Source: an uncultured Armatimonadetes bacterium
GTDB lineage: Bacteria > Armatimonadota > UBA5829 > DTJY01
Length of the DNA: 64,000 bases
Reading direction: 5' to 3'
Assembly: GCA_963717145.1 (NCBI GenBank)
Contig: OY970325.1
Location: forward strand, 1,664,001 to 1,728,000
The notes under the pieces were generated by a model. It was not told where the DNA came from, searched no databases, and saw only the letters and a list, made by a program, of their open reading frames with translations. Positions 21,153 to 30,473 of this stretch are shown piece by piece. The number at the start of each line of letters is the position of its first letter. Positions within the stretch are counted from its first letter, which is position 1. The translations under genes were made by a program, and so were the position numbers.

Positions 21153-21827
21153 ATGGCCATGATATCCGATCAGGATAGAGAGCTTCTGCGGGAGAGGTTC
21201 GCTGAAGAGATGCTGGATCCCGTTACCATAGTTGCTTTCACGAAGAAGACGCAGGGCTTGGATGCCGACGACCTGGAGTGCGAGTTCTGCGACGAGACGC
21301 AACAGATCGTCGAGGAGATCGCCAAGCTTTCGGACAGCATCAGGATCGAAAGGCATGCGTTGTCCCCAGATGATCCGATGGCCGAGGATCTGGGCGTGGA
21401 CAAGCTGCCCGCTCTCGTCCTCCAGGGACCGAGACAGGGAGCAGTCAAGTACTACGGCATTCCTGGTGGGTTCGAGTTCAACTCGCTGGTCGAGGATATT
21501 ATCGATGCCTCACGCGGATCGACCGATCTATCGGATGATGTCAAGGAGAAGATTCGTGGGATTCAGTGCGATGCGCACATACAGGTGTTCGTGACCCCGA
21601 CTTGCCCATACTGCCCGTCGGCGGTGAGGATCGCGCATCAGATGGCGATGGAGAATCCGGACCACATCACGGCGGACGCTGTCGAGGCGTCGGAGTTCCC
21701 GCATCTCGTCAGCAAGTATGAGCTGGCGGCGGTGCCGACGGTGATCATCAACGAGAAGGTCCAGTTCGAGGGCGCCTTGCCGGACGACGAGTTCGCCGAG
21801 CAGGTGGTCCTGGCTCTGGCGGCTTGA
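21153..21827 (+). CDS. Protein disulfide oxidoreductase (two thioredoxin folds, AhpF N-terminal-like)
   Basis: CEFC and TPTCPYC motifs, YYGIPGGFEF. Confidence 0.92.
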   Translation: MAMISDQDRELLRERFAEEMLDPVTIVAFTKKTQGLDADDLECEFCDETQQIVEEIAKLSDSIRIERHALSPDDPMAEDLGVDKLPALVLQGPRQGAVKYYGIPGGFEFNSLVEDIIDASRGSTDLSDDVKEKIRGIQCDAHIQVFVTPTCPYCPSAVRIAHQMAMENPDHITADAVEASEFPHLVSKYELAAVPTVIINEKVQFEGALPDDEFAEQVVLALAA

Positions 21828-21840
21828 TGAATTGATTGGC

Positions 21841-21977
21841 GGGTTCCGGTTTGGACTGGCGGATGGTGGTGTCCGTAGGGGCGATCCTTCAACGGTCGCC
21901 CGATCGGTCTCGGCGGGCGACCGTTGAAGGATCGTCCCTGCGGGCGCCATCAGTTGGTCAGTCCGAACCGGAATCCT
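21841..21977. repeat. GTAG-type REP palindrome (family C) inside longer imperfect arms
   Basis: GTAGGGGCGATCCTTCAACGGTCGCCC...GGGCGACCGTTGAAGGATCGTCCCTGC (21875-21941); half copy at 44538-44569. Confidence 0.85.
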
Positions 21978-21985
21978 TGGAGATA

Positions 21986-22372
21986 CTAGTCAGCGGGCCG
22001 GCATTGTAGAGGAGACAATGCCTTGATTGCCTCGTCCACGGTGTTGGTCCGCATGACCAATTCGTTCAAGCGAAGGAGTGTGTAGACCCTCTCCACCGGC
22101 GCGGCGAGGCTGACCAGAGCGACGTCCCCGCCCCTTTCGGTGGCCTTGTTCTTCGCTTCAAGGAGGACTCGGAACCCGGAACTGTCGATGTAGTTCATCT
22201 CCTGCAAGTCGAAAACAATCTTGCACCGGCCCTCATCGAAAAGGCCGTCGGTGACCTCTTTGAGCTTACGGCTCGTGATCAAGTCGCACTCGCCTCGAGC
22301 GTCGATGATGGCGATGTCGCCCTCAAACCTGCTGTCCACCTTCAACCGAGCTACGTGCCAAGTCTCAGCCAT
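21986..22372 (-). CDS. Anti-sigma factor antagonist (STAS domain)
   Basis: GECD...YIDSSG phosphorylatable Ser motif. Confidence 0.92.
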   Translation of the reverse strand: MAETWHVARLKVDSRFEGDIAIIDARGECDLITSRKLKEVTDGLFDEGRCKIVFDLQEMNYIDSSGFRVLLEAKNKATERGGDVALVSLAAPVERVYTLLRLNELVMRTNTVDEAIKALSPLQCRPAD

Positions 22373-22530
22373 ATCGGTCGCCTCCTCAAGCCCATTCCGT
22401 TTGAATTCATATACCCACTTCTGAGGTGCATATCACCATGATATTAGCCGGTAAGCATCCGCTATTCCTCCATACACCGGAGGAATAGTCGCGTAAGAGC
22501 CGTATTGGGTTAGTGAACAGGAGTGATCTC

Positions 22531-22905
22531 ATGGTAACAGGCGTCGGCGTCGACATCATAGAAGTCGACCGGATTCGACAAAGCCTCGACCGCCGTCCCG
22601 GGTTTCGGGACCGAGTGCTCACGTCTTCGGAACAGGATATCTGCTTCTCCGGCGGAGATCCGGCGGAACGGGTCGCCGGACGATTTGCCGCCAAGGAAGC
22701 GGTGGCGAAGGCACTCGGTCGCAGTCTAGGCTGGCTCGATGTGGAGATCCTGGCCGACGAACATGGCAAGCCGCTGGTTCGGCTGCTCAACGGCGCATCG
22801 TCCGCCGCCGATGGACGCACGGTGATGGTCAGCATCTCGCATTGTCGGACCCACGCAGTGGCGTATGCCGTGGCGGTGATGTATAATGCAACCGAGGGCA
22901 GCTAA
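22531..22905 (+). CDS. acpS: Holo-ACP synthase
   Basis: GVGVDIIE, RFAAKEA, SISH. Confidence 0.96.
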   Translation: MVTGVGVDIIEVDRIRQSLDRRPGFRDRVLTSSEQDICFSGGDPAERVAGRFAAKEAVAKALGRSLGWLDVEILADEHGKPLVRLLNGASSAADGRTVMVSISHCRTHAVAYAVAVMYNATEGS

Positions 22906-22906
22906 T

Positions 22907-24448
22907 TTGAAAGTGGCAACGGCCGAACAGATGCGCGGGTTCGACCGGCGGGCGTCGGAGGACTTCGGAGTCCCGAGCATCGTTCTGATGGAGAACGCCG
23001 GTCGTCACGTCGCCGAGGCCGTCGGGGACGCACTCGGCGACCTCAACGGCAAGCACGTGACTATCGTCGCCGGGCGCGGTAACAATGGCGGCGATGGCTT
23101 CGTCGTTGCACGTCACCTCAGAGACGCCGGCGCACATGTCGCGGTCTTCCTCCTCGGCAGACGGGAAGACGTCCAGGGCGACGCACGATCCAACTTGGAC
23201 ATGCTCCTCGATTCGGACATCAGCGTCCAAAGCATCTCATCCGTGGAGGAGATAACCAATACCCTCGCCAACAGCCATGCCATCGTCGATGCCATGTTCG
23301 GCACGGGCCTGCGCGGCGAAGTGACCGGGCTGCCCGCCGACGTGATCCAGGCGATCAACGCCGCGAGAAAGCCGGTCATCGCGGTCGATATCCCGTCCGG
23401 GATGGACGCCAATACCGGCGCGGTCCTCGGTGTCTGCGTCAGGGCCGACCGCACCGTCACATTCGCCCTCCCGAAGATCGGGCTGCTCATGTATCCGGGC
23501 GCGGCATGCGTCGGAGAACTCGTCGTGGGCGACATCGGCATCCCCAAGTGCCTGTACCAAGAGATCACTGTCGAACTCGTGGACGACGCGATGGTTGCCT
23601 CGAAGCTCCCAGACCGCCCGCCGGACGCTCACAAGGGCACGTTCGGCACGGCCATCATCATCGCCGGCTCGCTCGGAATGACTGGAGCAGCGGCGATGGC
23701 GTCGGAGACGGCACTCCGAGCCGGCGCGGGGCTCTCGACCCTCGCATGTGCGGCTAGTCTGCAGGACATCATGGCGGCCAAGCTCACCGAGGTCATGACC
23801 CGCGGCCTTCCGGAAACCGATGCCCGCTCGATCTCCTCCGAAGCCGTCGATCGGGCGCTCGAACTCGTCGAGAAGGGCAATGCGGTCGTTCTCGGCTGCG
23901 GGCTCGGGACTCATCCCGACACGTGCGAATTCGTCCACCGCTTGGTAAAGTCGGCGCGCAAACCGATGATTATAGATGCGGACGGCCTGAATGCGTTGTC
24001 GAAGGATATCGGCGCGCTGGAAGGCGACCACGGCGACCTGGTGCTGACCCCCCACCCCGGCGAGATGGCGCGCCTCCTTGGAACCACTACGGAGGAGGTG
24101 CAGTCTAACCGGATGGAGGCAGTCAAGCAGGCGGCATCCCGATTCCGCTGCGTCGTTGTGTTGAAGGGCGCGCGCACATTGATCGCCGATCCGTCCGGCA
24201 ACGTCTTCATCAACCCAACCGGCGGGCCCGGACTGGCGACCGGGGGCACGGGCGACGTCCTCGCGGGTGCGATCGGCGGGCTGATGGCTCAGGGCCTCTC
24301 TCCGCTCGATGCCGCGATCTGCGGCGCGTTCATTCACGGGAGAGCAGGCGACATCGCCGCCGAGCAGATCGGTGCAGCGGGGATGATCGCCGGAGACGTG
24401 CTCCGAGCGCTCCCGGCGGCACTGAAGCAGCTTTACAACAACCTGTAG
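22907..24448 (+). CDS. nnr: Bifunctional NAD(P)H-hydrate epimerase/dehydratase
   Basis: LMENAG, GNNGGDG, DIPSG, HKGTFG, TPHPGE, GGTGDVLAG; TTG start assumed. Confidence 0.95.
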   Translation: MKVATAEQMRGFDRRASEDFGVPSIVLMENAGRHVAEAVGDALGDLNGKHVTIVAGRGNNGGDGFVVARHLRDAGAHVAVFLLGRREDVQGDARSNLDMLLDSDISVQSISSVEEITNTLANSHAIVDAMFGTGLRGEVTGLPADVIQAINAARKPVIAVDIPSGMDANTGAVLGVCVRADRTVTFALPKIGLLMYPGAACVGELVVGDIGIPKCLYQEITVELVDDAMVASKLPDRPPDAHKGTFGTAIIIAGSLGMTGAAAMASETALRAGAGLSTLACAASLQDIMAAKLTEVMTRGLPETDARSISSEAVDRALELVEKGNAVVLGCGLGTHPDTCEFVHRLVKSARKPMIIDADGLNALSKDIGALEGDHGDLVLTPHPGEMARLLGTTTEEVQSNRMEAVKQAASRFRCVVVLKGARTLIADPSGNVFINPTGGPGLATGGTGDVLAGAIGGLMAQGLSPLDAAICGAFIHGRAGDIAAEQIGAAGMIAGDVLRALPAALKQLYNNL

Positions 24449-24537
24449 GAGGGATTTGCCGGGATGATTGTGCCCGGTAATCCCGATTGACGCGTTCGGG
24501 ATTACCGGGCACAATCATCCCGGCAAATCCCTCCTAC
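24445..24537. repeat. GTAG-type REP palindrome family B, copy 1
   Basis: GTAGGAGGGATTTGCCGGGATG...CATCCCGGCAAATCCCTCCTAC; other copies at 31364 and 50749. Confidence 0.92.
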
Positions 24538-24551
24538 GAATGGAGACATCC

Positions 24552-25793
24552 ATGCGAGCAATCATACTTATTCTGGCAGTGACGATGCTGGCGACCTCGG
24601 TCTGGGCAATCCCGACCGCGACGATCGGCGTCCCGGCCGCGGGCGAGCACTTCTACTGGTTCTCCTACACCGATATCAAGGGCGGTCCCGCCGTCACTAC
24701 GCCGAAGTCATTCAAGGACAAGAAGGTGACCGCCAACGTGCCGTTGGTGAAGGACGCGGTTCCGAAGGGAACCCTCCTCTACGTCCTCGATGCGAAGACC
24801 GGCAACGAGGCCGTCAAGCCGCTTGAGGGCAAGGGATCGCTGGCCGTTGACCTCAAGAAGTCCGACTTCGACAAGGTGCGCAAGGTCGTGCTGTGGGTGA
24901 TCGGCAGCGTGAAAGACCGTCCGATCGCCGCCGCAGTCGTCAAGCTTGTAGATGCCGATAAGAAGGCGCAGCAGAGGGTGCTCGACCCATCATCAGTCGG
25001 AACGGTCGAGTTCAACGACGTGGCCGAAGGGACTGCGAGCGTGACCGTTCTCTACGGCGACAACAAGAAGTCAATCCAAGATGTGGACATCACCCTCGAG
25101 CGGAAGATCCCCGTGCTGAAGATCGACATACCGATCGCCGGAGAGATCGAGTCTGTGGGTGTTTTCTCGCGCGGCCCAAGCGATCTTGACAACTCTGAGC
25201 AGTCCGATAAGGAAGCTCCGCAGGTCAAGGGCGTAGATTACATCACCGGCCTGATCGGCGCGATCCTGCTCATCATCGTCATCTACTTCGCGGTCAGAAT
25301 GATGCGCGACAAAGGCGCGGGCGCGAAGTCGATCCTCAAGAAGCTCGGCGTTCAGGTGGAGGAGGACCGGCCGCTGATCCAGCCTGCCAAACCGGTGCCG
25401 CCCGTCGATCCGACCATATGCCCGTTCTGCGGCCAGAAGAAGGACGCATCGGGCGCGTGCTCGTGCTCGGTGATCGGAGCGGCGGCATCCGCCGTGTCAG
25501 CGGCATCCGGTCCGAGACTCGTGGCGATCCAGGGTCCGCGCATGGGTGAGGTCTACGAACTCCAGGGGACGCTGACGATCGGCCGTGACGAATCGAATAC
25601 GGTCGCATTCCCCGACGACAGCACGGTTTCTCGCAGGCATGCGCGGATCGCCTCCGATGCAGGCGCGTTCACTGTATACGACGAGGGTTCGTCGAACGGC
25701 ACGTTCGTCAACGGCGTCAAGGTGACGGAGCAGGCGCTCCACTCCGGCGACGAGATCCAGATTGGAACGACGAGACTTAGATTCGAAGCTTAG
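24552..25793 (+). CDS. Single-pass membrane protein with Cys knuckle and C-terminal FHA domain
   Basis: Signal peptide, TM helix LIGAILLIIVIYFAV, CPFCG...CSC, FHA residues IGR...VSRRHA...SSNGTFVNG. Confidence 0.9.
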   Translation: MRAIILILAVTMLATSVWAIPTATIGVPAAGEHFYWFSYTDIKGGPAVTTPKSFKDKKVTANVPLVKDAVPKGTLLYVLDAKTGNEAVKPLEGKGSLAVDLKKSDFDKVRKVVLWVIGSVKDRPIAAAVVKLVDADKKAQQRVLDPSSVGTVEFNDVAEGTASVTVLYGDNKKSIQDVDITLERKIPVLKIDIPIAGEIESVGVFSRGPSDLDNSEQSDKEAPQVKGVDYITGLIGAILLIIVIYFAVRMMRDKGAGAKSILKKLGVQVEEDRPLIQPAKPVPPVDPTICPFCGQKKDASGACSCSVIGAAASAVSAASGPRLVAIQGPRMGEVYELQGTLTIGRDESNTVAFPDDSTVSRRHARIASDAGAFTVYDEGSSNGTFVNGVKVTEQALHSGDEIQIGTTRLRFEA

Positions 25794-25864
25794 GGGAGTA
25801 TGGGAGTATGGGGGTATGGGGGCATGGGCGATTCCGGACTCCCACACTCCCATACTCCCATACC
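25793..25864. repeat. Inverted octamer tandem repeat (GGGAGTAT)n...(ACTCCCAT)n
   Basis: 8-bp periodicity starting at the FHA gene stop codon. Confidence 0.85.
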
Positions 25865-25876
25865 TAATCTGCAAAC

Positions 25877-27289
25877 ATGTCACTTAACTCGAAGATACTC
25901 ATGAGCCTTCTGGCCGGGACGTTTGCCGCGCTGCTCGCGTGGGTGTGCATCGACTTCAATCCGTGGTATCACCTGCCGCAATCGTTCGCCTCCGCAACGT
26001 TCTTCGAGAATGTCAGGAGCCAGATGGCCATCACGCTGGTATTCGGCTGCTTTGTCGGAGCGGCACTCGGCGCAGTGAACGGGATGTTCAGTGCGAGCGG
26101 CCGAATGACTCAGCGGTATGTCGGTTGGGGCATCGTGATCGGCGGACTCGGCGGATTCCTCGGCCTGTACTTCGGGCAGATGTTCTTCGGACCGCTTTAC
26201 AACATCGCCAACCGGATGTCGGCCATGGCCGCAACCAAGCCGATTGCCTTTGTATTCCAGGTGTTCGCGCGCGCCATCGGATGGGCTCTCATCGGTGTCT
26301 TCGTGGGGATCGCGCAGGGCATCCCCATCAACTCGAAACGGGCCATGCGTCACGGCGCGCTCGGCGGGCTGATCGGAGGGTTGATCGGCGGCACGATGTT
26401 CGAACTGGCGCGCTACATCCTCCCGCCGGGAACCGCCAACGTCGGCGTCATCAGCCGGGGAATCGGGTTGACGGCAACCGGAGCCGCGATCGGGTTCTTC
26501 ATCGGCCTGGTGGAGACGCTGCTCAAGCAGGCGTGGATTCGAGTCGTCCAGGGACGGAACGAGGGCCGGGAATACGTCATCAGCAAGCCGCAGACGACCA
26601 TCGGGCGGAACGAGCTTTCGGATATCGGACTCTTCGGCGACACGAATATCGCGCCCGCACACGCGATCATCGAGCAACTCGCCGGACGCCATGTGATTCA
26701 TGACGCGGGAACGCCTGCGGGCACATCGGTCAATGGACAGAGGATTCAGATGGCGGGCCTCAAGGACGGCGATATCATCCAGATCGCTTCGATGCGCCTG
26801 GAGTTCCACGAGAAAGCGACCGCGTCCAAGATCGCGCCACCGGTCGATGTCGGGTCGAAGCCGATCAACATCCCATCGATGGAGGGCATCTGCCCGTACT
26901 GCGGGACGAAGAAGACCGCGACCGGACAGTGCGCGTGCTCGGTTGGATCGGGTGCCCCTGCAGTCATGCCCGGACCGACGCCGACTTCAGCGCCCGGGGC
27001 GGGTCCGCGACTCGTCGGGCTCGAAGGTCCATATGCCGGGCAGGTGTTCAACCTCTCCGCGCCTTTGGTGAGTGTCGGCAGGGAGCCGGGCAGGCATGTT
27101 CAACTGCCGCTCGACTCGACGGTCTCGAGACACCACGCGAGCATTCGGAACGAAAACGGCTCGTTCATCGTTAATGATGAGGGGAGTTCGAACGGCACGG
27201 CGGTGAACGGCATGCGTATCACCAGCCAGCCGCTCAACCCCGGTGACACGCTGCAGTTCGGCAGCTCCGCATTCAGGTTTGAGGTCTGA
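25877..27289 (+). CDS. Polytopic membrane protein with two FHA domains and a Cys knuckle
   Basis: About six Gly-rich TM segments, degenerate FHA (IGR...IAPAHA...GTSVNG), CPYCG...CAC, canonical FHA (VGR...VSRHHA...SSNGTAVNG). Confidence 0.9.
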   Translation: MSLNSKILMSLLAGTFAALLAWVCIDFNPWYHLPQSFASATFFENVRSQMAITLVFGCFVGAALGAVNGMFSASGRMTQRYVGWGIVIGGLGGFLGLYFGQMFFGPLYNIANRMSAMAATKPIAFVFQVFARAIGWALIGVFVGIAQGIPINSKRAMRHGALGGLIGGLIGGTMFELARYILPPGTANVGVISRGIGLTATGAAIGFFIGLVETLLKQAWIRVVQGRNEGREYVISKPQTTIGRNELSDIGLFGDTNIAPAHAIIEQLAGRHVIHDAGTPAGTSVNGQRIQMAGLKDGDIIQIASMRLEFHEKATASKIAPPVDVGSKPINIPSMEGICPYCGTKKTATGQCACSVGSGAPAVMPGPTPTSAPGAGPRLVGLEGPYAGQVFNLSAPLVSVGREPGRHVQLPLDSTVSRHHASIRNENGSFIVNDEGSSNGTAVNGMRITSQPLNPGDTLQFGSSAFRFEV

Positions 27290-27290
27290 T

Positions 27291-28064
27291 ATGAAGGCAG
27301 ACTACTCGGCCATCGCGCCGAACTATGATGCAGGACGTAAGCTCTCCGATGAGCTTGTCGGGAAGTGGGTCGCCCTCATCCGCGACAGAGGCCGGCTGAA
27401 GCCCGGTGACCTGTGCCTCGACCTGGGATGCGGGACCGGGCGGTTCACGATCCCATCTGCCGAGGTCATCGGCGCTCGGATGGTCGGAGCCGATCTGTCA
27501 GAGGGAATGCTCTCGGAGGCGAAGAGCAAGCCGGGCGCAGATGGAATCGGATGGGTCAGATGCAATGCCGAGCAGCCGGCCTTTCGGTCGGAGGCATTCC
27601 AATGCGTGTTCATGTCGCTGCTGATCCACCACGTGGACGACAAGGACCGCGTCCTGCGGGAGTGCCGGCGCATCCTGAGGCCGGGAGGAGTCTTCCTGAT
27701 GCGCACCTCGGGGCATGACGACATGCAGAACACGATGCCGGTCTATCGCTTTTTCCCCGAGGCATGGGAGATCGACCGCAACCGTCTGCCCGACATAAGT
27801 GTCATAGAAGATAGCATACATCGAGCGGGATTCCATGCGGTCAGGCATGAGAAGGTCCGGCAGGAACTCGTATCGTCGGTCGAGGAATACCTGGAGAAGA
27901 ACCGGCGAAAAAACATCTCGGCGCTGACTATGATCCCCGAGGATGAGTTTCAGCGAAACCTAAGCGACATGCAGGCGTACTTCAGCTCGATCAGCGAGGC
28001 AGCCGCCCTCGCCGAGATCAACGCCGAAACGCTGACACTCGTCATCGGCGAAACAACGACTTAG
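27291..28064 (+). CDS. Class I SAM-dependent methyltransferase
   Basis: LDLGCGTG, DLSEGML, RILRPGG. Confidence 0.93.
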   Translation: MKADYSAIAPNYDAGRKLSDELVGKWVALIRDRGRLKPGDLCLDLGCGTGRFTIPSAEVIGARMVGADLSEGMLSEAKSKPGADGIGWVRCNAEQPAFRSEAFQCVFMSLLIHHVDDKDRVLRECRRILRPGGVFLMRTSGHDDMQNTMPVYRFFPEAWEIDRNRLPDISVIEDSIHRAGFHAVRHEKVRQELVSSVEEYLEKNRRKNISALTMIPEDEFQRNLSDMQAYFSSISEAAALAEINAETLTLVIGETTT

Positions 28065-28163
28065 AACACGGATCACACAGATGGAGCACAGATAGCACAG
28101 ATGAATTCTGGAATTCCGGAGTTCTTTCTGTGTTATCCTCTGCAATCTGTGCCATCTGTGTTC
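28065..28163. repeat. Inverted short tandem repeat (CACAGAT-type, about 9-bp period)
   Basis: ACACGGATCACACAGATGGAGCACAGATAGCACAGAT...ATCTGTGCCATCTGTGTT directly after a stop codon. Confidence 0.75.
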
Positions 28164-28177
28164 TTCGGAGGAGACTT

Positions 28178-29506
28178 ATGGAACAGACCCGAATCATTCC
28201 GCCCGGTGGCGGCGATCCGAGCGACCGCACTCAGGCCATGACCGACATCGGCAAGACCGCGATGGTCGGCGCCGTTCGTGCGCTCGAGATGGATGTCATC
28301 GCCGGCAACCGGTATGCGCTCTCGAATGAGCCTTCGCGCGATCACGTCATGCTCCAACTGCGGTCGTCGGCCAACACGATGGGCCGCCGCCTGCCGATCA
28401 ACCTCGCGCTGGTGGTCGACCGCAGCGGATCGATGGAGGGCGAGCCGCTCGACTATGTCAAGCGCGCCTGCGGATACGTCGTTGACCTGCTCGATCAGAA
28501 CGACGTGCTCTCGATCATCACCTTCGAGGAGCAGGTGGACGTCCTGATGCCCGCCCGGCGCGTGGTCAACAAGACGCTCCTGAAGGAGCACATCAACCGC
28601 ATCGAGCCGGGAAACACCACCAATCTCTACGACGGCATCGTGGTCGGCTGCAACCAGGTCTCATCGGCGGCGACACCGGGCTACGTAAACCGCGTGCTCC
28701 TGCTGACCGACGGCGATCCGACCGCCGGCATCAAGGATTTCGGCTCGATCGTCGGCCAGGTCGCCGAGCAGAAGAGCCGTGGGATCACGATCACCGCGCT
28801 CGGATTCGGGCCGGAGTACAACGAGGAGCTGATCGCCGGGATCGCGCGTCAGAGCGGCGGGAACTACTACTACATCTCCCGCCCCGACCTGATCCCCGAA
28901 GTATTCCGCCGGGAACTCGAGAGCCTGATGACGATCACCGCCCGGAACATGAAGCTGCGGCTGAACCTCTCGAAGTGGGTCCAACTCAGACAGATTTACG
29001 GACGCCAGCCGACGTTCACCGGACGGTTCGCCGAGGTCCCGCTCGTCGATCTAGAGCGCGGGAGTGCGATGTCGGTGCTGTGCGAGCTGGAGTTCGCTCC
29101 CCGGCCGACGGGCGTCTACCGAGTGGTCAAGGCAGAGTTGTCATACGACGACGCCACGAGTGGACGGAGCGAGACTATCGCCGCGGACATCGAGTACGAG
29201 TTCACGCCGGATCGGGCGCTCGTTCAGGCGAACGTCAATCCGATCATCGCGCAGGAGATCGAGATCGCGCTCGCATCGAGAAACCTCGAGAAGACCGTCA
29301 TGGGCATGAAGACCCAGCAGCTATCGGCGATGACCGCCACCATGGAGCTTCAGAAGACCATGAGCCTGCTCGCGAGCCAGGGACGAGCCGACGAGGCGGA
29401 GGATGTCCGTAAGGCAATCGAGAGCATCCAGCAGGGCGGACCGGGCGCTGAGAAGACGCTCATCGGCACGATATACTCGCTCGATCAGGGCAAGAGGAAG
29501 GATTGA
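28178..29506 (+). CDS. von Willebrand factor A domain protein (YfbK-like)
   Basis: MIDAS motif DRSGS, GNTTNL, LLTDG, SGGNYYYI; RBS GGAGGAG. Confidence 0.93.
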   Translation: MEQTRIIPPGGGDPSDRTQAMTDIGKTAMVGAVRALEMDVIAGNRYALSNEPSRDHVMLQLRSSANTMGRRLPINLALVVDRSGSMEGEPLDYVKRACGYVVDLLDQNDVLSIITFEEQVDVLMPARRVVNKTLLKEHINRIEPGNTTNLYDGIVVGCNQVSSAATPGYVNRVLLLTDGDPTAGIKDFGSIVGQVAEQKSRGITITALGFGPEYNEELIAGIARQSGGNYYYISRPDLIPEVFRRELESLMTITARNMKLRLNLSKWVQLRQIYGRQPTFTGRFAEVPLVDLERGSAMSVLCELEFAPRPTGVYRVVKAELSYDDATSGRSETIAADIEYEFTPDRALVQANVNPIIAQEIEIALASRNLEKTVMGMKTQQLSAMTATMELQKTMSLLASQGRADEAEDVRKAIESIQQGGPGAEKTLIGTIYSLDQGKRKD

Positions 29507-29510
29507 CCTA

Positions 29511-30407
29511 ATGGATACTGACAAGACCATGATCTCCGCTCCGATGCCGGACGCCAATGCGACCATCATCGGCGCGACGGTGAAGTGCCCGGTCTGCGGC
29601 ACGGAGAGCAGTCCGACCGAGAAGTATTGCGGCGACTGCGGGTTCCTCCTCTCCTCGACGCCCGGTGAGGTCGGCGAGGTGGCTGAGGTCGCTCCTCAGG
29701 CCAAGTTGATCGGATCCGCACGCCAGTACCTGCTCAAGCCGGGCGAGAACACCGTCGGCCGCGAGGATACGGATGTCTTGATCGAGGACGCGACGGTCTC
29801 CCGCAGGCACGCGCTGATCGTCCTGGAGGGCGGGAAGTGCTTCGTCGAGGACCTTGGGAGCACCAACGGCACCTCTGTCAACCGCGCGCAAATCGCGAAG
29901 GGTGAACGCATTGAGGTGGAATCCAGCGCTGAATTGAAGTTCGGGTCGAGCATTGTCACCCTCGACCTCCCCGAGATGGCCGCTGACGAGGCCGAATCAA
30001 TCGAGGAGGCGTCCGAGGTCGAGGCCGCAGTCGAATCGGTCGAGCAGTTGGAGGAGATGATCGAAGCGAAGGTTCCATCAGACGGAGTCTCCGCCGAAGA
30101 ACCTGCAGTTTCGCCGGTCGCGAATCTCATCAGCCCGGAGACCTCCGAGGAGTTCGCCATCGTGCCTGGAGTGAATACGATCGGCCGGCGCGGGGACAAC
30201 AACATCGTGCTCTCGGGCGACCCGTATGTCTCCGGCTCGCATGCCCAGATCACCGCCGATGACGGCTCGTTCGTGCTCACGGATGTCGGCAGCACGAACG
30301 GCACCACGCTCAATGGCGCGAAGGTCGAGCCGGATCAGCCGGTCGATCTATCTGCCGGAGACGAGATCGTCTTCGGGAAAACCGCAATGAAGTTCCAATC
30401 GTCATAG
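29511..30407 (+). CDS. Zinc-ribbon plus double FHA domain protein
   Basis: CPVCG...YCGDCG, FHA1 VGR...VSRRHA...STNGT, acidic linker, FHA2 IGR...VSGSHA...STNGT. Confidence 0.93.
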   Translation: MDTDKTMISAPMPDANATIIGATVKCPVCGTESSPTEKYCGDCGFLLSSTPGEVGEVAEVAPQAKLIGSARQYLLKPGENTVGREDTDVLIEDATVSRRHALIVLEGGKCFVEDLGSTNGTSVNRAQIAKGERIEVESSAELKFGSSIVTLDLPEMAADEAESIEEASEVEAAVESVEQLEEMIEAKVPSDGVSAEEPAVSPVANLISPETSEEFAIVPGVNTIGRRGDNNIVLSGDPYVSGSHAQITADDGSFVLTDVGSTNGTTLNGAKVEPDQPVDLSAGDEIVFGKTAMKFQSS

Positions 30408-30464
30408 GTCCTATATGTCCCATAGGTCCCATGGGACATATAGGACTGATAGGACCGATAGGAT
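30403..30464. repeat. Inverted nonamer tandem repeat (CATAGGTCC)n...(ATAGGAC)n
   Basis: 9-bp periodicity; overlaps the TAG stop of the upstream FHA gene. Confidence 0.8.
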
Positions 30465-30473
30465 ATTTCACAC

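Noticed and set aside
24468-24551. Similar N-terminal peptides in the ORF track (MCPVIPI.../MCPTIPI..., [16 protein letters not shown])
   Set aside because: They are translations of intergenic REP elements, not a shared protein domain; starts were moved downstream.
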